Source: Nannocystis bainbridge
GTDB taxonomy: Bacteria; Myxococcota_A; Polyangia; Nannocystales; Nannocystaceae
Assembly: GCF_028368995.1 (NCBI RefSeq)
Contig: NZ_JAQNDL010000001.1
Location: 992,001 to 1,056,000, forward strand
DNA length: 64,000 nt
Direction of reading: 5' to 3'
Below are positions 17,169-27,472 of this stretch, piece after piece. Both the position numbers and the translations under genes were made by a program. Within the stretch, counting starts at the first letter, position 1. The number at the start of each line of letters is the position of its first letter. The notes under the pieces are model-generated. The model had not been told where the DNA came from. It saw only the letters and a program-made list of their open reading frames with translations, and ran no database searches.

Positions 17169-19169
17169 ATGCTTCGCACCTCGCCCGTCCGTCCCGTCGC
17201 CCCGTCCTACTTCGTCCTCCCCCAGCGCGCCCGCCTCGCGCGCTTGCTGCCCGCCGCGGTGGCCCTCCTGGGCGCGCTCCTCCCCGCCTGCGCCCCCGAG
17301 CCGACCATCGACGAGATCGTCAGCGACGGCGGCTACGCCAACAACCGCTTCCTCCGCGCGATCGCCAAGCCCGACGCGATCGAAGAGGAAGCCCCGCCCC
17401 AGGACCTCGAGAACAGCGGCGACGAGGCCGCCGGCACCGGCCAGCGGCACAAGGGCGAGGAGGGCAAGATGGGCAGGCCCACCTCGAAGAACAAGTCGGG
17501 CCTCTACGCGATGAAGGGCCCGAAGGACGCGATCCCGCAGATGGACGCCTGGGGCGGCCTGACGGGCACCGAGATCGGTGAAGCGTACGGCGTCGGCGGC
17601 CTCGGCCTGGTCGGCACCGGCCGCGGCGGCGGCGGCACCGGCGAGGGCACGATCGGCAGCGCCTACGCCGTCGGCAAAGACGACGACGCCGTGTGGGGCG
17701 GCCTCGTCGCCCACGACACCGCCGGCGCTCCGGGCGGCGATCGCTACGCGAAGGTGCAAGAGGCCGCGTGGACGCTGACCCACGCCGCGCCGCTTTCGAC
17801 CTTCTCGATCGACGTCGACACCGCCAGCTACAGCAACGTCCGCCGGTTCCTGAGCGACAACTACTTGCCGCCGCCCGACGCGGTCCGTGTCGAGGAGATG
17901 ATCAACTACTTCGACTACGCCTACCCCGCGCCCGACGGCGATCATCCGCTCGGCGTCGGCGCCGAGGTCGCTCCGTGTCCGTGGAAGAAGGGCCACCAGC
18001 TGGTGCGCGTGCACCTGCAGGCCAAGAAGATCGAGACCACCCAGGTGCCCGCGCGCAACCTCGTGTTCCTGGTCGACACCTCGGGCTCGATGAGCGACGA
18101 CGACAAGCTCGGCCTGGTCCGCAAGGGCCTGTCGCTGCTCACCGAGCAGCTGCGTCCCGAAGATCGCATCTCGCTCGTCACCTACGCCGGCGACACCCGC
18201 GTGGTCCTGCCGACCACTTCCGGCAGCGACAAGGCGACGATCTTGCGCGCCATCGATCGCCTCGGCGCCAACGGCGGGACCAACGGCGGCGCCGGCATCG
18301 CCCTCGCCTACGCCGAGGCTCACAAGCACTTCGTGAAGGGCGGCATCAACCGGATCCTGCTCGCCACCGACGGCGACTTCAACCTCGGCCTCACCGATCA
18401 CGACGACCTGATCAAGCTGATCGAGAAGGAGCGGCAGACCGGCGTGTTCCTGACCGTGCTGGGGGTCGGCCGCGGCAACTACAACGACCGGACGATGGAG
18501 CAGATCGCCGACCACGGCAACGGCAACTACGCCTACCTCGACTCCGAGAAGGAGGCGCGCAAGGTCCTGGTCGCCGAGGCGAGCGGCACGCTCGTCACCG
18601 TCGCCAAGGACGTCAAGCTGCAGGTCGAGTGGAACCCCAACCGCGTGGCCGGCTACCGCCTGATCGGCTACGAGAACCGCACCCTGACCGCCGAGCAGTT
18701 CAACGACGACAAGAAGGACGCCGGCGAGCTCGGCGCGGGCGACAGCGTCACCGCGCTGTACGAGGTCGTGCCCGCCGGCCGTCCGGTGCCCGGGGTCGCG
18801 GTCGACAACCTCAAGTACCAGCGCCCCGCCGGCCCCGCCGACGCCGAGCTGCTGACGATCAAGGTCCGCTACAAGCAGCCCGAGGGCGACAAGAGCACCA
18901 AGTTCGAGTCCCCCGTCCAGGACGCCCGCACCGAGTGGGCCGAGGCCTCGCCGCAGCTGCGCCTCGCCGCCGCCGTCGCCGCCTTCGGCCTCAAGCTGCG
19001 CGGCTCGCCGAGCCTCGACAACTTCGACCTCGCCGCCGCCCGCGCCTGGGCCCACTCGGCCGAGCTGCCCGACCCCGAGGGTCACCGCCGCGAGTTCGTC
19101 GCGCTGGTCGACAAGGCCCGCCAGCTGATGGACCGCGAGACCGTGCACAGCCGCAGCGCCCTGCCCTGA
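17169..19169 (+). CDS. YfbK-type von Willebrand factor A lipoprotein (vWF_A, VWA, DUF3520)
   Basis: PLSTFSIDVDTASYSNVRR, VRVEEMINYF, MIDAS DTSGS, ATDGDFN, YRLIGYENR, DAGELGAG. Confidence 0.93.
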   Translation: MLRTSPVRPVAPSYFVLPQRARLARLLPAAVALLGALLPACAPEPTIDEIVSDGGYANNRFLRAIAKPDAIEEEAPPQDLENSGDEAAGTGQRHKGEEGKMGRPTSKNKSGLYAMKGPKDAIPQMDAWGGLTGTEIGEAYGVGGLGLVGTGRGGGGTGEGTIGSAYAVGKDDDAVWGGLVAHDTAGAPGGDRYAKVQEAAWTLTHAAPLSTFSIDVDTASYSNVRRFLSDNYLPPPDAVRVEEMINYFDYAYPAPDGDHPLGVGAEVAPCPWKKGHQLVRVHLQAKKIETTQVPARNLVFLVDTSGSMSDDDKLGLVRKGLSLLTEQLRPEDRISLVTYAGDTRVVLPTTSGSDKATILRAIDRLGANGGTNGGAGIALAYAEAHKHFVKGGINRILLATDGDFNLGLTDHDDLIKLIEKERQTGVFLTVLGVGRGNYNDRTMEQIADHGNGNYAYLDSEKEARKVLVAEASGTLVTVAKDVKLQVEWNPNRVAGYRLIGYENRTLTAEQFNDDKKDAGELGAGDSVTALYEVVPAGRPVPGVAVDNLKYQRPAGPADAELLTIKVRYKQPEGDKSTKFESPVQDARTEWAEASPQLRLAAAVAAFGLKLRGSPSLDNFDLAAARAWAHSAELPDPEGHRREFVALVDKARQLMDRETVHSRSALP

Positions 19170-19231
19170 AGGACATGCCGCCAGAGACATGAGCCTCGGG
19201 ACAGGCCCTTCGGGGCATGTCCCGAGGTTCA
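19162..19231. repeat. Phased 14-bp palindrome array, 5 units
   Basis: TGCCCTGAAGGACA TGCCGCCAGAGACA TGAGCCTCGGGACA GGCCCTTCGGGGCA TGTCCCGAGGTTCA; fills the gap between convergent genes. Confidence 0.9.
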
Positions 19232-19232
19232 G

Positions 19233-20348
<1,116 letters not shown>

Positions 20349-20560
20349 TCAGCGCAGGTGCCGGTGGCGACGCAAGCCCTCGCGCGTCGCTCCGCCCCGC
20401 GGGTTGATTTCGAGCCTCGCTAATGCTCGCGCGCGGAGGCCCGTTTGCCGCGTCGAACCCCGTTCCTCGATGGCGCGCTCAAAACCCGCGAAGCGCCGGC
20501 GGAGGCTCCGTCGGGGATCGCGCAAGCCTGCGGCGCCTGCGCAGCGCGCCGGGCTGGCCC

Positions 20561-22006
20561 TCATCCCCCGACCTCCGCAAGTCCCGCCCGGATGTCCGCG
20601 AGCGCGAGGTCGATGCGGTCCCGGTGGGTGCGAAACGAGAGCACGCAGATCCGCAGCACGAAGCCGCCGCGCACCATCGTGCCCGTCAAGTACACGCGGC
20701 CGCGACGGTTGATCGCCGCCAACCACCGGCGGTTGTGCGCGTCGAGCTCGGGCCCCTCGCCGGCGCCCGCGGGCACGTGGCGAAACGCGAGCAGCGACAG
20801 CTGCGGCGGCGCGACCATCTCGACGCCCGGCAGCTCGCGCAGAGCCGCGGCGCACACCTCGGCGAGGTCGAGCTTCTCGTCGAGCGCCCGCGCGAACACC
20901 CGCGCCCCGAGCAGCTTGAGCGGTAGCCACACCCGCAGCCCGCGAAAGTCCCGCGACAGCTCGGGCGACAACTCGCAGTAGTCGACGAATTCGGGGTCTT
21001 CCTGCATCGGCGGCAAGTACTCGGCGGGCGAGCCGTGGGCCCGCCGCAGCGCCGCGGGGTCGCGGGCGAGCAGACAACCTGTCCCATAGGGCAGGAACAT
21101 TCCCTTGTGCGGATCGAGCGTGACCGAGTCGGCGCGCTCGATGCCGGCCAGCGCCGCCCGCCCGCGCCCGGTGAGGCAGAAGAACCCGCCGTACGCGGCG
21201 TCGACGTGCAACCACAGGCGCTCACGCGCGGCCAGCTCCGCCAGCGCGTCGAGGTCGTCGACCGCCCCGGTGTTGGTGGTGCCGGCGTGACCGACGATCA
21301 GGCACGGCCGCAAGCCTCGGGCCCGATCGGCGGCGATCGCCGCGGCCATCGCCGCCACGTCGACGCGAAACTGTCCGTCGACGCCGATCTCCCGCACCTG
21401 ATCGCGACGAAACCCGGCCAGCCGCGCGGCCCGCTGGACCGAGTGATGCGCCTGCTCCGAGGTGTAGATCACACCGTCGTCGAAGCGCTCGCCGAGCCGC
21501 TCGCTGCGGGCCGTCACCACCGCGGAGAAGGTCGCCAGCGATCCACCCGTGGTCAGAAACCCGCCGCTGCCCGCCGGCAAGCCGACGATCTCCGCCAGCC
21601 AGCGGACCGCGTTGGTCTCGAGCTGCACCAGCCCCGGCGCCGCCTGCCACACCCCGACGTAGCGGTTGGTCGCGTCGGCGATCAAGTCGGCCACGGCCGC
21701 CAGGAACAGCCCGCCGCCGGGGACATAGGCCAGGTAGCCCGGGCCCGCGGTGTTGAAGCTGCACGGGACTGCCCGATCGAACAGGACCCCGAGGACATGT
21801 TCAAAAGGGCTGCCGCTCTCCGGCAGCCCCTCGCGCAGCTCGCGGGCCAGCGCCGCCCCGCCCTCGACGTCGCAGGCGAGCATGCCGGGCAACGCCTCGA
21901 TGTGCGCCCCGATCCGCGCCATCGCGGCGGCCACCAGCGCCTGCATCGCCGCCGCGTCGGGTTCGAGCTCGGGCGTCGGAGAGTCGGGCGGGGGCGTCGC
22001 GCGCAC
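20561..22006 (-). CDS. Group II PLP-dependent (aromatic L-amino acid) decarboxylase
   Basis: GYLAYVPGGG, GFLTTGGS.A, GTTNTGAVD, WLHVDAAYGG, DSVTLDPHKGMF; GTG start chosen from composition. Confidence 0.92.
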   Translation of the reverse strand: MRATPPPDSPTPELEPDAAAMQALVAAAMARIGAHIEALPGMLACDVEGGAALARELREGLPESGSPFEHVLGVLFDRAVPCSFNTAGPGYLAYVPGGGLFLAAVADLIADATNRYVGVWQAAPGLVQLETNAVRWLAEIVGLPAGSGGFLTTGGSLATFSAVVTARSERLGERFDDGVIYTSEQAHHSVQRAARLAGFRRDQVREIGVDGQFRVDVAAMAAAIAADRARGLRPCLIVGHAGTTNTGAVDDLDALAELAARERLWLHVDAAYGGFFCLTGRGRAALAGIERADSVTLDPHKGMFLPYGTGCLLARDPAALRRAHGSPAEYLPPMQEDPEFVDYCELSPELSRDFRGLRVWLPLKLLGARVFARALDEKLDLAEVCAAALRELPGVEMVAPPQLSLLAFRHVPAGAGEGPELDAHNRRWLAAINRRGRVYLTGTMVRGGFVLRICVLSFRTHRDRIDLALADIRAGLAEVGG

Positions 22007-22207
22007 GCCACGGACGTACGCCAAGCGCCGCCAAAACACCAGCGCCGCCGGCGACGCCACGAGCCGAGCCCGCCGCCTGCCTGTCCCTTCGGCCATGCTC
22101 ACCGGCCGCCGTCGCCGCCCGGGCCGCGGGCCCCGTCGTCGTGACGCGCCGCGTCGCCCGTGAGATCGCGTAGCCCGGCCGCCGCCGTCTTCCTCTATCC
22201 TTCGCCC

Positions 22208-22876
22208 GTGTCCGAACCTCCTCCGCGGCGCGAAGTCGTGCACGGCGACGCTGTCGCCTGGCTCGCCGAACGACCTGACCAAAAAGACAGCTCGGTGCTC
22301 GCCACCATCCCGGACGTGAGCGAGATCGGCGTCAGCATGGAGCGCTGGCGCGAGTTCTTCCTCGGCGCCGCGCGGGCGGCCCTGCTGGCCACCCCCGCCG
22401 ACGGGCTCACCGTGTTCATGCAGACCGACATCAAGCACGAGGGCCGGTGGGTCTCGAAGGCCGGCATGGTCCTGCGGGTCGCCGACGAGCTCGAGGTCCC
22501 GCTGTTGTTCCACAAGATCGTCTGCCGCCGCCCGCCCGGCAGCCTCATGCACGGCCGGCCCGGCTACTCGCACATCCTCGCGTTCTCTCGCCTGGCCCGC
22601 GACGACAGGGCCTACCCGACGCCCGACGTCCTGCCCGACCTCGGGGTGATGCCGTGGAGTCACAGCATCGGCACGCGCGCCGCCGAGACCGCCGTCACCG
22701 CGGTGCGCCGGCTGGCCCCCGCCTCCACCCGCATCGTCGTCCCGTTCTGCGGCATCGGCACGATCCTCGCCGTCGCCAACGCTCACGGCTTCACCGTCGT
22801 CGGCATCGAGCGCAACCGCAAGCGCGCCGAGGCGGCCCGCACCTTCGAGCTCGATCCGACCCCCGCGGCGACGTGA
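22208..22876 (+). CDS. SAM-dependent methyltransferase resembling beta-class N4/N6 DNA methylases, with non-canonical catalytic motif
   Basis: VVHGDA at N-terminus, ATIPD at the motif IV position, C-terminal VVPFCGIGT...GIE (motif I). Confidence 0.7.
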   Translation: MSEPPPRREVVHGDAVAWLAERPDQKDSSVLATIPDVSEIGVSMERWREFFLGAARAALLATPADGLTVFMQTDIKHEGRWVSKAGMVLRVADELEVPLLFHKIVCRRPPGSLMHGRPGYSHILAFSRLARDDRAYPTPDVLPDLGVMPWSHSIGTRAAETAVTAVRRLAPASTRIVVPFCGIGTILAVANAHGFTVVGIERNRKRAEAARTFELDPTPAAT

Positions 22877-22879
22877 ACG

Positions 22880-22949
22880 CGCTCTCGGGGACATGTCCCC
22901 GTGGACATGTCCCTGTGGACATGCCCCGGTGGGCATGTCCGAAGAAACA
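22880..22949. repeat. Phased 14-bp palindrome array, 5 units
   Basis: CGCTCTCGGGGACA TGTCCCCGTGGACA TGTCCCTGTGGACA TGCCCCGGTGGGCA TGTCCGAAGAAACA; between convergent genes. Confidence 0.92.
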
Positions 22950-22965
22950 TCTCCTCGAACCGCCG

Positions 22966-23769
22966 CTACTCGGGGTCGCGGAACACCGCGGCGCGCCGGC
23001 CGAGCACCGCCTGCACGGCCTCCAGCTGGTTCGCGCTGCCGAGCAGCGGCAGCTGCAGCTCGGTCTCACGGCGGAACGCGGCGGCCGTGTCGAGCTCGGG
23101 GGCCTCGTTGCACAGCGCCTTGGCGGCGCGCACGGCCTCCGGCGACTGCCCCGCGATCGTGCGCGCCAGCTCGCGGGCAGCGGCCAGCGGGTCGACCTCG
23201 ACGCGGGTGACGAGCCCGAGCCGGCCGGCCTCCTCGCCGGAAACGCTGCGGGCGGTGTAGATCAGCTCGCGCGCGATGTCGGGGCGGACCAGCCGCAGCA
23301 GCGTCTTCGACGCGCTCATGTCGGGGATGAGGCCGTAGCGCAGCTCCATCACCGCCAGTTGGGCGTCGGGCGCGGCGATCCGGAGGTCGCAGGCGAGCGC
23401 GAGCTGCAGGCCGCCGCCGACCGCGGCGCCGTGGATCGCGGCGATCACCGGCACGGGCACCTCGGACCAGATCCAGCACGCGAGCTGGGCCAGGTTGGCG
23501 GGCGAGCCGGCGTCGCGCGCGAGCAGTTTTTGCCCGATCTCCGGCGCCGCCAAAAAGGCCCCCCAGTCGAGCCCGGCGCAGAACGCCTTGCCCTCGCCGT
23601 GCAGCACCACCGCGCGCACGCGCCGATCGGCGGCGACCTGTCGTCCCGCGGCGATCAGCGCCTCGAACATCGCCAGGTCGAGGCCGTTGCGCTTGTCGGC
23701 GCGATTGAGGCGGACTTCGGCGACTCCGGCGTCGACGGACACGATCACGCGCGGCGGGCTCTCGCTCAT
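22966..23769 (-). CDS. Enoyl-CoA hydratase/crotonase family protein
   Basis: LNRADKRNGL, AFCAGLD, PVIAAIHGAAVGGGLQLALACDLRIA, E..YGLIPDM. Confidence 0.93.
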   Translation of the reverse strand: MSESPPRVIVSVDAGVAEVRLNRADKRNGLDLAMFEALIAAGRQVAADRRVRAVVLHGEGKAFCAGLDWGAFLAAPEIGQKLLARDAGSPANLAQLACWIWSEVPVPVIAAIHGAAVGGGLQLALACDLRIAAPDAQLAVMELRYGLIPDMSASKTLLRLVRPDIARELIYTARSVSGEEAGRLGLVTRVEVDPLAAARELARTIAGQSPEAVRAAKALCNEAPELDTAAAFRRETELQLPLLGSANQLEAVQAVLGRRAAVFRDPE

Positions 23770-24566
23770 GCGCGCGAGTGTAGCCGATCGCGCGCGAGCC
23801 AGCGGAACACGATCACGTGGCCGGCGAGCGCCGCCCCGACGCAGAACGGCGCGATCCACCCGTACGGAAAGTGGAACACCAGCAGCACCGCCGGCTCGTC
23901 GGTGAACACGCGGAACGGCACCGGCGACGACAGCACCGCGATCGCGCCGACGTTGACGAGCAACGCGGTGCCGAGCAGGTTGAAGGCCCACACCAGCGGG
24001 CGCGAGGGCCCGCGCCGCCACAGCCACAGCCCCGCGAGCACCGCGGCCACGCCGGTGACGATGTCGAGGTTGCAGGCCTCGTAGGTCATCTGGATCGGCA
24101 CGGTGCCCTGGCGGTACCAGCTGTGCAGCACCAGCTCGAGCGGCAGGCGAAACGCCTGAAACCCGACCAGCGCGGCGATCGGCAGCCCGTCCGCGAGGCG
24201 GGCCCCGGGCCGCGTCAGCGCGAACCCGAGAGCGACCCCCAGCGAGCCGGCGAAGAAGAACAGCGCCCGCGGCGGCAGAGTGTCGGCCGCGAGCACCCCC
24301 GACGCCGACACCAGCCCCGTGATCACCAGCCATGCGATCGCCCCGAGCGCAGTGCCGAGGGTCCACCGCCGCACCCGCGCCGGCGACTCGCCCAGCCGCT
24401 GCCCGGCCCGCGCGGTGGCGACGACCAGCGCGCCGACGACGGCGGCGACGATGACGACGAAGGCCGCGGTGCTGACCGCGCTGGGGATGTGCATCGACGG
24501 GACCGGCACGGCGTCGCCGAGCGTAGCAAGGAATCCTCTGAAATCGGGGCGATCGGGCATGTCCAT
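23766..24566 (-). CDS. Integral membrane protein
   Basis: About 7 TM segments; LVGFQAFRL..E, NLDIVTG, FPYGWIAPFCV; start uncertain (24566 or 24494). Confidence 0.75.
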   Translation of the reverse strand: MDMPDRPDFRGFLATLGDAVPVPSMHIPSAVSTAAFVVIVAAVVGALVVATARAGQRLGESPARVRRWTLGTALGAIAWLVITGLVSASGVLAADTLPPRALFFFAGSLGVALGFALTRPGARLADGLPIAALVGFQAFRLPLELVLHSWYRQGTVPIQMTYEACNLDIVTGVAAVLAGLWLWRRGPSRPLVWAFNLLGTALLVNVGAIAVLSSPVPFRVFTDEPAVLLVFHFPYGWIAPFCVGAALAGHVIVFRWLARDRLHSRA

Positions 24567-24568
24567 GA

Positions 24569-24653
24569 TGTCTCGTCACGCATGTCCCGCTCGCCATACG
24601 CCCTCGATCCGCCCAGGCCGCGACATGTCCATTCGGACATGTCCTGATCGCCA
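24569..24653. repeat. Two pairs of 14-bp palindrome units in a divergent promoter region
   Basis: TGTCTCGTCACGCA TGTCCCGCTCGCCA (24569-24596) and TGTCCATTCGGACA TGTCCTGATCGCCA (24626-24653). Confidence 0.75.
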
Positions 24654-24831
24654 TGCGCCCCGCGAGCCATGCACCGCCTCGGCTCGCTCTCGCAGCTGTT
24701 CCCGCCCACCGGCGAGCGGCCCGCGCCGCCTGCGCGAACCCGCCCCCGCGCCCTCTTGAACGCCCTTCCCGTCCCTCTCGGCTCCGCGCGCTCGCCCCTG
24801 CGTCCGGGCCGGTCTATCGTCTCCTGGGAGC

Positions 24832-27045
24832 ATGCCGGCCGTCCGAGTCCACGACGCCTCGCCCGACGACGACCTGTTCGCCTACCTCGCGCGCACCGGC
24901 GGCGACGACGTTCGCCGGGCCCAGCTGATCGGCGCTGCCAACGCCTTCAAGGAGGGTGACGCCGCGCTCGGCCTCGCCGCGGCCGACATGTCCTCGCGGA
25001 CAGCCGCGCGCCGGCTCCTCGCCGCCACCGCCGTCGGCCGGCTCGCCGCCGCCCCGCTGTTCCGCGACGGGCTCCACGACGCCCTCGCCGCCGCCCTCGA
25101 CCCACGCGCCGCGGCCCACGTCTCGACCTGGTCTTTGGGCCAGCTCAAGACCTTCGTGCTGACCGCCGACGAGGCCGAGGTCAACCAGCTGCTGCCCGGC
25201 CTCGCCAGCGACGTCGTCGCCTGCCTGGTCAAGATCATGAGCGACGCCGAGCTCGTCGCTCTCGGCGCGCGGCTGTTCCACCCGCTGCCCGGCAGCCGGC
25301 TCGGCGCGCGCGGCTACCTCGGCGCACGGATCCAGCCCAACAGCCCGACCGACCACCCCGACGACATCCGCTGGCAAGTGCTGGCCGGCTGGTCCTACGC
25401 CGTCGGCGACGTCGTGCTCGGCACCAACCCCGTGTCGTCCGACCCGCGCTCGGTGGCCGCGGTCGAGGCTGTCCTTTGGGACATCCTGGTCGATTTCGGC
25501 CTGCAGGACACCCTGCCCCACTGCGTGCTCGCCCACATCGAGGTCCAGGCCGCGGTCGAGCGCGCCGCCCCCGGCACCACCGGGATCTGGTTCCAGAGCA
25601 TCGCCGGCTCCGACGCCGCCAACGCCACCTTCGGCCTCGACCTCGAGGGTCTGCGCCGCCACGCTCGCGGCCGCACCGGTCGCTGGGGCCTGTACTTCGA
25701 GACAGGTCAGGGCGCCGACTTCACCAACGGCCACGGCCGCGGCGTCGACATGGTCGTCCACGAGGCCCGCAAGTACGGCCTCGCCCGCCTGCTGCGGGCC
25801 GACGTCGCCGACGCTCGCCGCCGCCTCGGCCTCTACCCGGAGCCGTGGGTCCACGTCAACGACGTCGCCGGCTTCATCGGCCCCGAGGTGTTCCGCACCC
25901 GCGACCAGCTGGTGCGCTGCTGCCTCGAGGACATCGCCATGGCCAAGCTGCACGGCCTGATGATCGGCCTCGACGTGTGCGCCACCCTGCACATGGACAT
26001 CGGCCTCGACGACCTCGACTGGTGCCTCGAGCGGATCGCCCCGGCCTGCCCGGGCTACCTCATGGCCCTGCCGACCAAGAGCGACCCGATGCTCGGCTAC
26101 CTCACCACCGCCTTTCAGGACCACGTGCGCCTGCGCGAGCGGTTCGGCACCCGCGTCGACGATCGCATGTGGGAGTTCTTCCGCGACCGCCTCGGCGTCG
26201 TCGATGCGCGCGGCCGGCCGACCGCGCGCTTCGGCGATCCGGTGTGGGTCCACCTCCAGCTGTGCCGCGCCCGCGGCGACGTCCGCCCGGACGACGTCAT
26301 CGCCGGCGAGGGTCGGGCCGCGCTCGCGGCCGTGCGCGCCCGCGGCGTGGCGATCGGCGAGGGCCACGGCGACCGCCCCTGGGACCTCCCGCCTGCCCTC
26401 GACGCCGAAGTCCGCGGCCTCTGCGACGACGCCAAGCACAGCCTGCGCGCCGAGTGGCGCGCCGAGTTCGTCAGCAAGATCCCCGGCGCCCGGCGCCTCG
26501 CCACCTGCGCCGGCGACCGCGACGAATACATCCTCCACCCGCCCACCGGCGAGGCGCTGAGCCCCGCCGCGCTCACCGAATTACATGTCCTTAAGGACAG
26601 CTACGCCGGCCGCTTCGACACCGTCCTGGTCGTGTCCGACGGCCTCAACGCCCGCGCGCTGATGGACGACGAGCACCTGTTCCCGTTCCTCGATGTCCTG
26701 GTCCCCGAGCTGCGCGCCGCCGGCTTCGCGCCCGCGCCCGACGTGTTCGTGCTCGCCGGCGGCCGCGTCCGCGCCGGCTACGCCCTCGGCGCGGCCCTGT
26801 TCGCCGATCTGCCCGGCCCGCGGCGCCTCGTCCACGTCATCGGCGAGCGCCCCGGCACCATGCACCACGCCTTCTCCGTCTACCTCAGCGCCGCCGACGG
26901 CCTGGCCTGGGCCCGGCCGCGCGGCGTCGACCACCACCTCACCCGCGTGATCTCCGGCGTCGCCGACACCGCCTATCTACCGGCCCGGGCCGCGCGCGAG
27001 GCCGTCGCCATCCTCCAGGACATGCCCTCGAGGACATGCCCCTGA
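24832..27045 (+). CDS. eutB: Ethanolamine ammonia-lyase, fused large (EutB) and small (EutC) subunits
   Basis: EutB: RIQPNSPTD, GDVVLGTNP, CVLAH, FQSIAG, YFETGQG, NDVAGFIGPE, GLDVC. EutC: DRDEYILHPPTG, VSDGLN, GRVRAG, IGERPG. Confidence 0.88.
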   Translation: MPAVRVHDASPDDDLFAYLARTGGDDVRRAQLIGAANAFKEGDAALGLAAADMSSRTAARRLLAATAVGRLAAAPLFRDGLHDALAAALDPRAAAHVSTWSLGQLKTFVLTADEAEVNQLLPGLASDVVACLVKIMSDAELVALGARLFHPLPGSRLGARGYLGARIQPNSPTDHPDDIRWQVLAGWSYAVGDVVLGTNPVSSDPRSVAAVEAVLWDILVDFGLQDTLPHCVLAHIEVQAAVERAAPGTTGIWFQSIAGSDAANATFGLDLEGLRRHARGRTGRWGLYFETGQGADFTNGHGRGVDMVVHEARKYGLARLLRADVADARRRLGLYPEPWVHVNDVAGFIGPEVFRTRDQLVRCCLEDIAMAKLHGLMIGLDVCATLHMDIGLDDLDWCLERIAPACPGYLMALPTKSDPMLGYLTTAFQDHVRLRERFGTRVDDRMWEFFRDRLGVVDARGRPTARFGDPVWVHLQLCRARGDVRPDDVIAGEGRAALAAVRARGVAIGEGHGDRPWDLPPALDAEVRGLCDDAKHSLRAEWRAEFVSKIPGARRLATCAGDRDEYILHPPTGEALSPAALTELHVLKDSYAGRFDTVLVVSDGLNARALMDDEHLFPFLDVLVPELRAAGFAPAPDVFVLAGGRVRAGYALGAALFADLPGPRRLVHVIGERPGTMHHAFSVYLSAADGLAWARPRGVDHHLTRVISGVADTAYLPARAAREAVAILQDMPSRTCP

Positions 27046-27078
27046 GACCATGCCCCCGGGGACATGTCCCCCGGGCCA
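27009..27078. repeat. Phased 14-bp palindrome array, 5 units, overlapping the eutBC stop
   Basis: CATCCTCCAGGACA TGCCCTCGAGGACA TGCCCCTGAGACCA TGCCCCCGGGGACA TGTCCCCCGGGCCA. Confidence 0.9.
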
Positions 27079-27462
27079 TCACCGGCCGAACATCGGCAAG
27101 CCGAGCAGCACGAACGCCATCGACGCGGTCAGCAGCAGCAGCAGCACCGCCTTGATGACGAACACCAGGCACAGCGCCCGCAGCCCGCGGACCAGCGCGG
27201 CGACGGTGCCGGCGCGCGCGACCTGGAAGAACACGACGCCGCCGACGAGCAAGCCGAGGCCGAGCGCGACCTCGACGGCGGCGAACACGGCCGCGCCGAC
27301 CAGCGGCCACGCCTGCACCACCGCCAGGATCGGCAGCAGATCGAGCAGCGCGGCCACGCCGCTCCACAGCTCGAGCAGGCCGATCGGCAGCATCAGGAGG
27401 CCGCAGCCGCGGATCGTCGCCCGCTGAGGGTCCGTGAAGGGGATCGTTCGCGCGTCGCTCAT
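27079..27462 (-). CDS. Small membrane protein
   Basis: Three hydrophobic segments; GGAGG RBS upstream on the minus strand. Confidence 0.7.
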   Translation of the reverse strand: MSDARTIPFTDPQRATIRGCGLLMLPIGLLELWSGVAALLDLLPILAVVQAWPLVGAAVFAAVEVALGLGLLVGGVVFFQVARAGTVAALVRGLRALCLVFVIKAVLLLLLTASMAFVLLGLPMFGR

Positions 27463-27472
27463 ACAACCTCCG

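Noticed and set aside
6243-19190. Very long antisense or alternate-frame ORFs (e.g. 6243-8522, 8507-10690, 13831-17094, 16755-19190)
   Set aside because: Shadow ORFs expected from high GC3 codon bias; they overlap well-supported genes and lack recognisable motifs
20401-20712. Possible small basic ORF (MARSKPAKRRRR..., from 20470) or ncRNA between add and the decarboxylase
   Set aside because: It overlaps the decarboxylase 3' end on the opposite strand, and has no codon-bias or structural support
22889-22912. GGACATGTCC matches the eukaryotic p53 half-site consensus
   Set aside because: Coincidental in a bacterial context; isolated copies show the true unit is TGTCC-N4-GGACA, with GGACATGTCC arising only at junctions
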